A stretch of DNA of 64,000 nucleotides from a virus: positions 41,102 to 105,101 of the IMG/VR virus record IMGVR_UViG_3300012348_000111. One strand, 5' to 3'. Below the pieces are notes generated by a model, which was not told the DNA's origin, searched no databases, and saw only the letters and a program-made list of their open reading frames with translations. Shown piece by piece: positions 1-11,200 of this stretch (the first letter of the stretch is position 1; every line of letters starts with the position of its first letter). A program made the position numbers and the translations under genes.

Positions 1-2395
1 AAACTTTTATTTTCCTAAGTTCATTTTCTTCTACGTAAAAATAATCTACTTCTCTAGTAACAAAGGAGTACATCTTATGCCTGTCTATAACAGCTCCAAA
101 TGTTTCTCCGTTTTCTTTATTAATTCTTTCTTGAATTTTTTGAAGACGATTATTCATATTTTGTAGTTCAGGAATAACACCTTGCATTCCTTTTAGAATA
201 TAATCGGCTACAATTCTTACTGTAGGAGTATCTGTTAAGAAAGCACTATCAAAAGATTGTTTAAACCAATTGTTCTTGCTTTTTGGATCTAGAAGTAAAT
301 TTTTTATGTCTTCAGGACCTTTAGGTAATTCGTTTAACCTTTTATTAATTTCTTTTATTTTTTGAGTTTTTGCTTGAGCAGGTATATTTTCTTTTTCAAT
401 TTGTTTAATTTGATTTTTTAATTCAAAAGTCAACTCATCTATACCATTTTTAATACCAGCATAAAGTTCTTCACTTAAAGGTATTAGAGTACCTCTATTT
501 GATTCTTCTTTAATAATATTAATCGTATCTTGAATTACTTTAATATTATAGAATACTAAATTGTTGTTTCGTTTCTGTCTGTCTTCAGTGGTAATTGCAT
601 CTATAGTTTCCCTTACTCTTTCAGGAAACATATTTTTTAAGGCATTTATTTGTTTTTCAAAAGCTTCAGCTTGTTGATTTGCAAAATAAAGTGCTGATAA
701 TTTAATTTGAGAAGGTAGTTCATCGTTTTCTTTATTTTCTCTTATCCTATGAACGACATTTCTTAAATGAAGATTCGATGTTGTTAGATAGTTAGCAAGC
801 TCGTAGTAAGCTTCTGCTACGTCTTCTTTAGTTACAAGATTTTTAATTTTCTCTAAAGACTTTGCAGATTCATCTAGAAGTTTACTTTCTCCTTTTAATC
901 TTAATTTTTTAGTAGAGAAACGAATAGCATTTAAATCTTTGTCTGTTATTTTATCAGCTAATGTTTTTACTTTTTCTCCAAAAGACTGTTGTTCGTTAGT
1001 AGGTAAAAGTTCTATAGCTTCTTTAAACATTCTTCCTTTATCTTCAGAAGTAAAACGAGAAAACATATATTCAGCAAACTCTGGACTATATTGTTTTTCT
1101 ATTAAATCTACTTCTTCTTTACTTAAAAGACTGTCTACTAAGTTACCAATGTTTGTTTTTTCACTTACTTCAAATGAAAAAAGATTTTTAAAATAGTCGT
1201 ATATTTTTTGCCAGATAGTTTTAGAATCTCTATTTCTATACTCTACATCAGCTTGTTTTCCTAATTCTGTTGTTATTACCTCTTCCCAGAATGAATCACT
1301 CAATCCATATTCAGGATATAAGGCCTTTACAATAGCATAGGACGAACTTATTGGATTGTCCTTATGTAAGTCTTCAATTTCTTTTTTAAGTTCGTTAAAT
1401 AGCTCAGGATTGTTTTGTCTAATACTTCTTACTAAGATGTGACCAAATTCATGCCAAGGTGTTTCACTTGTTATAAGGTTCGGATTAAACATTATTTCTC
1501 CAGTAGTTAGATTGATTTTAGCTACTTGATCTAAATAAGGATTATAAGACCAAGTTGTTCCTTTAAATTTAGTGCTTAGGAAATTTATTACTTTACTAAA
1601 CTTTTCAAATTGAGGATTATTTACAGCAAGTCCTGTATGGAATCTAGAATCAAACCATTGACCATCGAAAGGTAATACTTCACCATCAACAACAATAGTA
1701 TTAGATTCTTTCATTAAATTTAAGAAGTCAGCATCTTGATTAGCTAATGCTTCAAGAGCCTGCATTGCTTCTATTTCTGCATATAATGATTCTTCTTGAA
1801 CTTCATCTATAACTTCAATTAGTTTTTCATAATATCTATTGTTAACTGTAAGAACAAGTTCGTAACCACCATCTTCCAAACTTTCTAGTTTTGCTACTAC
1901 TGGTTCGTGAGTAAACCCATAGGTTTTATTTAGATTTGTTGCAATAGCATATGCATACCCTCTAAAGTTTTTATATGATTTATTTTTAGTGTCACCTCTA
2001 AATGTTTTATCAGTAGGTTTTATAAATACTCTATATCCATCTATTGTAACTGATTCTCTAGATTCTAATGGTCTTATTTCCCTATCAAAAATTAATCTTT
2101 GAATATATTTAGATTTTTGTGCAAGACTAAGCTCATTGTACTCTATATTGTTTGATAATTCTAAAATTAAATCTTTTACTTTTTCTTGCTGTAAATATTT
2201 AGAAATGATTTGTTCTTCTACTTGTTTAGAGTACATAGTAGAACGCATTTGTTGAGAAACAAAGTTCTTAAATCCTTCTATATCTTGTTTATTACCTAAA
2301 AAATTACCAGCAAACTCAAAAAAATGAGATTTAAAGTATTCATTAAACTCTGATTGAGAGTATTTTTTATTATTATATGTTATTATGCAAGCCAT
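1..2395 (-). CDS. Large virion cargo/polyvalent protein with zincin metallopeptidase domain (3'-truncated by window edge)
   Basis: Absent from the ORF track. Hand translation from ATG 2395 gives MACIITYNNKKYSQSEFNEYF..., open to position 1. Contains TPWHEFGH (~1440) and a downstream EEVITT, an HExxH...E zincin signature. Confidence 0.85.
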   Translation of the reverse strand, partial: MACIITYNNKKYSQSEFNEYFKSHFFEFAGNFLGNKQDIEGFKNFVSQQMRSTMYSKQVEEQIISKYLQQEKVKDLILELSNNIEYNELSLAQKSKYIQRLIFDREIRPLESRESVTIDGYRVFIKPTDKTFRGDTKNKSYKNFRGYAYAIATNLNKTYGFTHEPVVAKLESLEDGGYELVLTVNNRYYEKLIEVIDEVQEESLYAEIEAMQALEALANQDADFLNLMKESNTIVVDGEVLPFDGQWFDSRFHTGLAVNNPQFEKFSKVINFLSTKFKGTTWSYNPYLDQVAKINLTTGEIMFNPNLITSETPWHEFGHILVRSIRQNNPELFNELKKEIEDLHKDNPISSSYAIVKALYPEYGLSDSFWEEVITTELGKQADVEYRNRDSKTIWQKIYDYFKNLFSFEVSEKTNIGNLVDSLLSKEEVDLIEKQYSPEFAEYMFSRFTSEDKGRMFKEAIELLPTNEQQSFGEKVKTLADKITDKDLNAIRFSTKKLRLKGESKLLDESAKSLEKIKNLVTKEDVAEAYYELANYLTTSNLHLRNVVHRIRENKENDELPSQIKLSALYFANQQAEAFEKQINALKNMFPERVRETIDAITTEDRQKRNNNLVFYNIKVIQDTINIIKEESNRGTLIPLSEELYAGIKNGIDELTFELKNQIKQIEKENIPAQAKTQKIKEINKRLNELPKGPEDIKNLLLDPKSKNNWFKQSFDSAFLTDTPTVRIVADYILKGMQGVIPELQNMNNRLQKIQERINKENGETFGAVIDRHKMYSFVTREVDYFYVEENELRKIKV

Positions 2396-3027
2396 ATTTG
2401 ATTATTTTTTATTTTATAAATTGTTGTAGTTGAAACATTAAACTTATTGGCTAACTCTTTTACTGGTTTATTAGAACTTCTAATAAAAGAAACTTTATTC
2501 CAATTCAATTTAGCAGAATTATTATTTTCTCCTTTTTTAGATTCTGATAAATCTTTGGCTCTCTTTTGAGCAGCTAATTTAAGGTTTAATTTATGTTCTT
2601 CTGAAAATATTTTTCTCTTACCAGATTCAGACATTTTATTTTTAGTTTCTTCTGAAACTGTAAATCCATAACCTCTTACAGCTTTACCTTTTCTTTTTTC
2701 TGACATCTTTTGTTTAGTTTCATCTGATGCTTTTAAACCATAATTACTTTCTGCAATTAATCTAATATTAAACTTATTACTATACTGGTCTAAAAACCAC
2801 TGTTCTAATTTGATACAATATTCAGAAGGACAAGTAGCTAACACTTTAAAATCTATATTCTCAATTCCATATTTGTTTACAAAGTTTTGTAAGAGTTTGT
2901 TTACATGAAAATTAGACCTTAATTTATCAAAATGTGTTTTCTTTCTTAAAGAAAGATTAGTTGCAGAGCCTATATAAACTCTATCATCTATTTTAGAAAA
3001 TATTCCGTAAACTCCTGAATTTAACAT
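2383..3027 (-). CDS. GIY-YIG homing endonuclease with NUMOD3 repeats and C-terminal HTH
   Basis: GVYGI...VYIGS motif; SDETKQKMS and SEETKNKMS NUMOD3 repeats; LANKFNVSTTTIYKIK HTH. Confidence 0.9.
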   Translation of the reverse strand: MLNSGVYGIFSKIDDRVYIGSATNLSLRKKTHFDKLRSNFHVNKLLQNFVNKYGIENIDFKVLATCPSEYCIKLEQWFLDQYSNKFNIRLIAESNYGLKASDETKQKMSEKRKGKAVRGYGFTVSEETKNKMSESGKRKIFSEEHKLNLKLAAQKRAKDLSESKKGENNNSAKLNWNKVSFIRSSNKPVKELANKFNVSTTTIYKIKNNQIWLA

Positions 3028-3812
3028 ACTCTATCGATTTTACCAGTTTCTATTAATCTGTTTTCTATTTGCATAGAAGACTTACTTATAATAAATTGTC
3101 TAAATTGCTCATAAGTTCCATATTTAGCAAATTCACTATTTTGAAAAGCCATATAATCTTTGAAACCTTGAATATCAGCTTTAGATGAAAGTATGTAGAT
3201 TTGTTCTGGTTCAAATACTATATATTGATGAGCAAAATCTATATCCCCTACTATTCCATTATCAGCAAGTTTATCTATAGTTCTCAGTACCGCATCTCCT
3301 TGTCTATCCTGAGCCTGGGGATTATCAACTAGTTTTAAATTTTTAGCATTTAAAATCGCAGAAAAAACCTTTGCTGTTTTAACTGCATTGTATTCTTCTA
3401 AAGATTCAAACTGACTAAAGTCTATAGAACCTTCTGCATAAAAATCTGCAGTTTTTTTACTATCAGTAAAGTAAATTCCTTGGGTAGATTGTTTTGTATT
3501 TTTACCAGCTTGGTTAATATCAAAACTATCAAAGCGACCATCAGGTGTTCCATGATAAACTATTTCTTTTACTTGGCTGGTTTTAAAAATAGTAGAAAGA
3601 TATTGCATGTATTGAGCTTTAGTACCAATAGCTGCAAGGTCTGGTGACTCTTTAAATACACTATCAATAGCTTCCATTTTCCTTTTAAATGAATCTATAA
3701 CATCTTTATTTTTACTAATAGATGTAGCAAATTCATTTTTATTATTAATAAAGTATTCTTTAAATTTTTCTTCAGAATACTGTTTCCCTTTATATGTTAT
3801 TATACAACTCAT
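3021..3812 (-). CDS. ADP-ribosyltransferase-like protein (ART-PolyVal type), probable virion cargo
   Basis: VYHGT...FDSFD...GIYFTDS...A.FY...QYIVFEPEQI motif series typical of phage polyvalent ART domains. Confidence 0.75.
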   Translation of the reverse strand: MSCIITYKGKQYSEEKFKEYFINNKNEFATSISKNKDVIDSFKRKMEAIDSVFKESPDLAAIGTKAQYMQYLSTIFKTSQVKEIVYHGTPDGRFDSFDINQAGKNTKQSTQGIYFTDSKKTADFYAEGSIDFSQFESLEEYNAVKTAKVFSAILNAKNLKLVDNPQAQDRQGDAVLRTIDKLADNGIVGDIDFAHQYIVFEPEQIYILSSKADIQGFKDYMAFQNSEFAKYGTYEQFRQFIISKSSMQIENRLIETGKIDRVC

Positions 3813-4474
3813 GCTTTTTTCCAGATTTTATTATTTTTAATTTGGTTTATGGTAGCTCTTGAACAACTAAATAATTCTGCTATTTCTTTATCTGTTTTAC
3901 TACCCACTAAAGATTTAATTTTTTTAACTTGTTCTATTGTAAGTTTAGAATATTTACCACCATTGGCTTTGGCTTCTTTCATTTTTTGTTTAGTTTCTTC
4001 ACTTATTATTCTACCAGTTAATGCTTTACTCATTTTATCAAGAGTTTCTTGTGAATGAGTGTAATTACTTCTATCTACTTTCTGTCCAGTTTTAGCTTTG
4101 CTAATATTTAACTTAGCTTTTTCTGACATTTTATAACCTCTTTTTCTGTTTGCAGGAGGTCTTCCTACTGTTTGAGCTAAGTTTAATTCAGGTTTTAGTT
4201 TATCTACAAACCATTGTTCAGCTTTTAATAAATACTCTTGTGGGCATTTAATTAGTATTTCAAATTTAAGATTTTCTATTCCTAATTTTAAACAAAGTCT
4301 TTGAAAGTATCTATTAAAATGTTTTTGTTTTAGTATAGCTCTGTTGTGAGCTTGTAATCTTTCTTGTAAATTATTAGTAGAACCAATATAAAATCTGCTA
4401 TCATTATCAAAGTAAAGTTTATAAATAGCACAAACTCCTGTATATTGCCCTCTTTGTAAATCTTTTACGAACAT
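3809..4474 (-). CDS. GIY-YIG homing endonuclease with NUMOD3 repeats and HTH
   Basis: AIYKL...FYIGS motif; HSQETLDKMS and SEETKQKM repeats; IAELFSCSRATINQIK HTH. Paralogous to 2383-3027. Confidence 0.9.
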   Translation of the reverse strand: MFVKDLQRGQYTGVCAIYKLYFDNDSRFYIGSTNNLQERLQAHNRAILKQKHFNRYFQRLCLKLGIENLKFEILIKCPQEYLLKAEQWFVDKLKPELNLAQTVGRPPANRKRGYKMSEKAKLNISKAKTGQKVDRSNYTHSQETLDKMSKALTGRIISEETKQKMKEAKANGGKYSKLTIEQVKKIKSLVGSKTDKEIAELFSCSRATINQIKNNKIWKKA

Positions 4475-5238
4475 TGTTTATCAATTATTTTTTGAGATTT
4501 TAAATCATTTAACATACTATTATACAAATTGTCATCTATTTCTTCAACTTTACTATCAGGAAAGATAGTATCTAAATATGCAGAGTATTGTTGTATAGCT
4601 TGTTGTTTCTGTTGGGGGCTTATTTGTTGAATTTCATCAGAAGTTTTAATTCTAAAAGCTCTTTCTTCTGTACTATATCTACCATCTTTTTCAACTCCAT
4701 AATCTCCAATTTTTTCAGCAAATCCTTTTTTAGTTAATGCCAATAAAGTATTTATTTCAGCTTTTGAGTTATCAAAATCAGAATACAGTGTATCTCCAAA
4801 TTCATTTTTAGCCCAATCTGCAACAAGAGTATGAACTATTTGCCCATAACCTTGATTTTGGAACTCTTCATTTAATTTAATAGATAAACCTACTTCTTTA
4901 CTTCTTCTATCATTTTTTACAAGTTTTACTTCACCTATATTTTTTCCATTAAGTTTTATCCATTTCCAACCATCTCTTTCTTTAGTATCTAAAGATATAC
5001 CTTTAGTATTAAAACTTTTAAATCCTGAAGCTTCATACACAGCATTAGCTAACTCAGGATTAGATTCAAATAGTTCTACAATACCTTCTTTAATAACTGC
5101 GTTAGATAAATTATAATACTTAGCGGGAACTTCTCCTTCGTATTTATCCCATAGATAATATGCTAGATCAGGATGAACTTGTTCTAGTTTAGTAAATTGT
5201 TCTTTTATTTTAGGATCAGATAGATTTGGACAAAACAT
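4465..5238 (-). CDS. GNAT-family acetyltransferase-domain protein, probable virion cargo
   Basis: IKLNEEFQNQGYGQ matches the acetyl-CoA-binding Q/RxxGxG motif. Flanks are shared with the neighbouring ART protein. Confidence 0.65.
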   Translation of the reverse strand: MFCPNLSDPKIKEQFTKLEQVHPDLAYYLWDKYEGEVPAKYYNLSNAVIKEGIVELFESNPELANAVYEASGFKSFNTKGISLDTKERDGWKWIKLNGKNIGEVKLVKNDRRSKEVGLSIKLNEEFQNQGYGQIVHTLVADWAKNEFGDTLYSDFDNSKAEINTLLALTKKGFAEKIGDYGVEKDGRYSTEERAFRIKTSDEIQQISPQQKQQAIQQYSAYLDTIFPDSKVEEIDDNLYNSMLNDLKSQKIIDKQCS

Positions 5239-5258
5239 TTTTATTTAAATTAATATTA

Positions 5259-5289
5259 CAAATATAGTTACGAAGTAAACTTTTAGCAA
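5259..5289 (-). promoter_or_regulatory. Bacteroidota-type -33/-7 promoter
   Basis: TTG-N20-TATATTTG upstream of 5238. Confidence 0.7.
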
Positions 5290-8200
5290 TTATCCTTATT
5301 CTTTTTGTTTTTATTTCTAATAGACATGAATGAATCTTGAGCTGCTTGATTGTATTCGGCAGATAGATCTAGTTGTTCAGAAACAATAGAAATAGGTGTA
5401 GTAGATTGTGTTTCAGTAGTAGCGGTATCTACTTCTTCATCTACTTTAGTTATTGTTTCACCATTAGATTTAGAAGGAGTAATATTTGGCCTACTTAATA
5501 CGTAGTCTTTATAGAAGTTTAAGTCAGGATTAATATCTTTAACTTTTGCAAACTCTGGGTGATTTTCTCTAAAACGTTTAGTAAACTCACTTAACTTAGC
5601 TCTTTGTTCTTCTTCTGAAAGATTTGCAAAGTTTTCCAAGACAGTACTCATTGGATAAGTATAGATCTGTTCTGGGATAAGTGGTAAGTAAGAGTCAAAC
5701 TTTTTGTTTAATTGAGAACCCAATATACCAGCATAAGCAAAGTTCTTAAAGAATGTTTGCATATTTTCTATAAGTTGAGTATCTACTACTGGATCTAATT
5801 GGGGGTGTGAATAATTAAACCCTTGATTAAACTGTTCTCTATAGAAATCTACACTGTAATCAAAAGAGTTTTGCTTTAGTCCTGTTCTTAAGAAGTTAGA
5901 TTTTTCATCTGTGTTAAAACGAACTAAATCAAAGATTCTATTTTGAGAAGTAATTTTCTTTTCAGCTAATTTCTTCTTAAGATATTCATATTGAGCTTTT
6001 AGATTTTTAGAATTTCTTTTATCTAGTAAAGATTCATATTGAATAATATTTGGAACTTCATTGATGTACATTGAATACAAGAAGTCATTCTTAAATACTC
6101 TAGATAAAGTTTCGTATTGTAAAAATTTATTTTTCTTCGCATATTGCTGATGTAGCTTAACAATACCATCTGTTACTGTTTTACTAGCTGATACAGGGAA
6201 TATCTCAACAAACTTATCTAAAACAGATGTTTGTACTTGGAATGGAGATACTACAGATTCAAAAATAACTTTATCGAATGCTTCTTCTTCAAAGAACTTT
6301 TCTTCTTTTAACTTTAATAGTTCACCGTCATTGGCTCTAAGTGATTCAAAGTTTTGAGGAGACAAAGTATCAAAGTCTGTGTTGGCAGAAAGTCTACGAA
6401 CTTTATCAGCTTGATTTTTCATTTCAAGGAAAAGACCTAATCTGTAAACATCAGAAATAACGTTTTCTTTAAATAGTCCTTTTAGAATAGTTTCAGTATC
6501 GTACTTTTCTACAAGACCTCCTATTGTTAGGTTGATAAATTTCTTTTCTGAATATCCAAATTTACTTCTTGACTTTTGAACTATGTTTTTAATTGTTGGA
6601 TCTTGAATTTGTTCAACAATATTCATTATAGAACCAAAGTCATTTAACTTACTGTATTGAGCAATAAGAGAATCTTTACCTTTTTCTGAACTCATGTTAA
6701 CCAAGTTAACCATTGCTTCAAAAGGTGTTCCCAACATAGTAGCATAGTTGACAATAGGTGTTACTACGTTATTAAAGTTGATTAACGCAATTCTATCGTC
6801 TTTCTCAATATCTACGTGAGCACTAATCATTTGACCCTGTACAAGAGAAATAGGTTTACCTTTAGTATCTTTAGTTCCTTCAAATGTTAAGTTACCTTCT
6901 ACTCTATTTGCAGGAAGAACATAGCGACTATTAGCTTGTTTGTCTACAATAGTCAATTTAGCTTTCTGTAAGATAGAATGAAGTACGTTGTTTTTAGCAT
7001 CTGTACCTAAAGCTTTCTTATATGTGTTAAGAGAGAATACATAAAGCTGATAGTTAGGATTAACTATGTTTGTGTAGTTTGCTTCGTTTGTAGGATTTTT
7101 AGTTAAACCATCAGCAGCTTTTTCTATTTCAGAAATAGAGTTAGGTGTAATTAAGTCTTCAAATATCTCTTCGTTAGTTAAACGATCAGACATATTAAAT
7201 AGAATGTTATTAGAAAATCTATTTCTTATTGCTTTTAATTCGTTTTTACTATCTGTTAACTCTTGATAGATTTCAGCCAAAGCGTCATTAGCTTCTTGAA
7301 GTCTAAAACTAAGTTTGGTTTCAGAATAATCTTGAAGAATAGAAGAAAGATTTTTAAGTTTAGCTTTTCTTTCAGCAAGTTTAGCTTTTTGATCTTTAGA
7401 TAAGTTCTTTTCAAGAATTTCTTTTCTTGATAAACCATTCTTAAACTTATCTAAAAGCATTTGCTTAGCATCCATCTCTTCATCTACTTCTACATCACCT
7501 TCAAACTTTTCAGCTCTAAGTTGTTTAAGTTGTTTGTAAACTTCGCTTACGCTTGAAATATTTTTAGATTTTAAAAACTCTTCTATTTCATTAAGAGTGT
7601 TTTGTTTTTCTTCTAAGTACTCTTTTACAATTTCTTTATTTGTTTGAATATCTAAAGCTAATTGTTTTTTGCGAGCAAACGCTTCTTTAGGTGTAAGATT
7701 GTTTGTCATTACGCTTCCATCAGCTTCGATGAAAGGATCGTAACAGAACAACTTATCAATATCATAGTCAGAACCAGACTTAACAACCATCTCATCAGGA
7801 ACTAAAATAATATCTCCTGTTTCTTCAGGTAAGAATTCTACTATTTCAAAACTTTCAATAGAGTTATATCCTTGTCCTGGAATACGAATAGCTACAATGT
7901 TTAATTGTCTTTCGTATTGTTTTCTAAAAGCAGGATCATTTAAAGCCTCATTAAGACGTTTTAAAGCAGTATGAGGATTGATGGGTTCACCTTTAGCGTT
8001 TAGTTCGCCTATAGGGCTTCCATTGTACTCTAAATTAAAAAGAGGATAGTAAAGCTTAGAGAAAGAAATCATTATTTCTGCTTTTGTTACCTTTCCGTCT
8101 TTTAAGTCATAGTACTTAAGTTTACGATCACTCATTAAAGATACAGGAAACTGTACTCTTTGAGCACCATTTACTTTTTGTCTAATAACTTTGTTTTTAA

Positions 8201-11200
8201 CAGAAGATACAATCGCACTTTCCATTACTGTTCTGTCTACTAAAGCGTCTAATAAGTATTGTAGTTTACCATCTTCTTTTATTTGAATTAAATCTTTTGT
8301 TGCTTGTGCAGCACCTTTACGGGATAATTCACCTACGATAAATTCTACAAGCTTTTCTTTATTGTCAAGTTTTTCTAAGAATTCGTTTGAATCGTATTCT
8401 ACTAAGTTCTTAACGTAGTTTCTATAAAGTTCATATGCTTCTAATTCAGCATTTGTAGTTGCATCTTTGTAGATAAGTTTTCTTAACTGAGAAGAGAATA
8501 TATTTTGGAAAGATTCTTTGTTTTCAACTATTACTTGTTCTTTAAGATATTTGATTTCAATAATACCTGGAGCACTTGGTGCAGTATCTACTTGACCATC
8601 TTTAAATAAATCAATAGCTGGAACTGTTTCAGCAATCTTAGTTCCACTACTAAACACACCATAGTCTGCTCCTGAAGCATAAAGCTTAAATAAAATATCA
8701 GCTGCTCTAGGATTAGTTACTGCCTCTGAAGGAAGTAAAGGTTTAACTGAGTACTTATGGAAGATAGGAATAGAAGGACCAAATATAGACTGATTGTTTC
8801 CTGCATACTGAAGTTTCTTTACACTAAACTTAAATTTAGGTTTTTGGTTTAAAAGATTATCTAATTGTCTTTGAAGCATAACTGCTTCATACTGATTAGC
8901 ATTCTTTAGTTGAAGATAAGTGCTCCAAATATTATTTTGGCGAGTAAACTCTTCTTCCATATCTAAAGTAATACCTGTAGACGTTGCATAGAATCTTCTA
9001 AAGAAATCCATAGTAGCTACAGACGCAGCGTCTTGTGCTTTAGAATCTTTATCTTTAGTGTAAGCGTCTCTTACTTTATCGTAAGCTGATGATTGAGCTG
9101 TTTCAGATACTACTGGATTATCATTAAATACTAAGTAAGAAAGTTTAGTAGGATCTTTAGGCAATACATTAATAGGAAGATTATTTTCTATTGCGTATTG
9201 TTGAAATGCTTTTTCTTGAGCATAAGAATCGTTTTCTACATTGTTTAAAGCAGCTACAGTAGTTCTATCCATATTGGTATATGTACCATAAGCATTCCAT
9301 GCAGACAAACGTTTCTCGATATCTTTAGCGTTTTTATAGTAGTAAGGATGATTAAAGAATAGTTTGTGTTGCTCTACACGCATTACAAAAGAATAGAAAT
9401 GATACTTAGCAAGTTGTTCGTTTGACAGATTGTATCCAGCTAAAGTGTCTTGACTTACTTCTACGTTGTTATTAAGATACTCGTTAAACTTAGAATAAAC
9501 TTCTTGAGCATAACTAAGTTTTAAGAAAGCATCTTCAAGTGTTGTGTTAGCAGGAAGTTCTTTAAGATCATTTATAAGACTTTGTTTTAAATCAGGACTG
9601 TCGATAATTTTTTCAAAGTAAGCAAGTTTTACATTTTCAAGTTTAGATTTAAATAAATTTTGATTAACCTTGCTATTTTGAGTGTCTATTTCTGATTTAA
9701 GAATAGGAAGAATGAATTGTGAAAATAAACGGAAGTCTATTCTTACTTCATTTTCTTTAGTAAAAGTGTATTCAATGTTGTCTGATTTAGCAAGACCTAA
9801 GAACTTTCTAGCTGATAGATCTAAACCAATACCTCTTGTTGTACTTTTACCTGATAGACGATTTAATTCTTCCACACCACCATTAAGTAATCCTACTATG
9901 TCAGCATAGTGTTTCATGCTTGACAGAGAGTCAATGGTTTTTTCTCCATCAAATCCGTCTTCAATACCTAATAAGTTAACGATTTCAACTTTTCTAGGTT
10001 TACCGTTTTCAACTATTCTATTACCAGCTACATTAAAAAGATATTTTAATACCCAAGATCCTCTAGCGTTGGTATTCATTGCTTGATTCAAATGTGGTAT
10101 TTCTTTTTCTACATCTTCTAAAGTTTTATAGTTGGTACTATCATTCAAGATAGATAGAACTTTAGTCATGTAAGTATGTTGGTTAACACTCCATATTTGC
10201 TTTCCTACAGCATTATAACGCATGTCATTAGCGTATGTAGGGTTAGCATCTATTTCAAGATTTAAAAAGTAATTAACAGCACTTACTTCGGATTTAATTT
10301 TACCTGTTTCAGTTTTGTGTTCTTTACTTATTAAACCTAAAGGAGTAAGCATAGGTGTTCCTACATCAGAAAGAGATTTAAGTTTAGTTCTAATTAAATT
10401 TAAGTTTTGAATTACTGTTTCTGGTTTTTCAGTTCTTAATGACTCCAGACCTAAAGAAGTATAGTTTAAACCTAAAGCTTGTAATTGTAAATAAACTTGA
10501 TCATAAAATCCTCTTAACGCATCAGGATCTCCTGTAGGAATGGATGGTGTCTTTTCAAACATACTAAAGAACTCTTCAGTATTTAATGCATAAGAACCAT
10601 TAGTAGTCAATACTTTAAATGGACCAGCCTCTGTATAGAAATCAGAATCTAACTGACTTCTTAATTGTACAGCATCTAATGAAAGTGCTTTAAGAACTTT
10701 AGTTTCTGTAATATTACCTTTGTCGTCTCTTTCTATTTTTACAGTAGAACCGTCTATGTAAGGCATAGTAAAGAGATTAAAGAATTGTACTTTAAATGCT
10801 AAATCTGTAATTCTTGTTATTGTATTATCAGCTTTAGGTAAGTAATCTAAGAAGGTATTAAATTGAGGAAACTTAACAGCAACTTCTTTGATTTTATTGT
10901 ACATTTCATTGTACGTATTTAGTCCTGTTAATTCTCTTTGTAGAATAGTCCAGTTGCTTTCAAAATCACCAAGTAATGCAAAACCTAATACGGGATCAGT
11001 TACTTTTTCAGTTCCTTCATATCTAGGTAGTGTTCGTATAGCATTAATGATTACATCACTAGCCATATCTTTTTGAGACATTTCCTCTATAGATTTTTCA
11101 AACTCACCTATACCTTCATTCTCAGGTTCGTTAAGTACTTCATCTATAGCATTAAGAATGTTTGTAGACTTAATTTTATTGTCAAAAAGAGTAGAGTTAT

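Noticed and set aside
2383-4474. Group I introns or inteins housing the GIY-YIG genes
   Set aside because: The endonuclease ORFs overlap both neighbours, leaving no room for intron core sequence. No C...HN intein boundaries are visible here, in terL or in the capsid gene.
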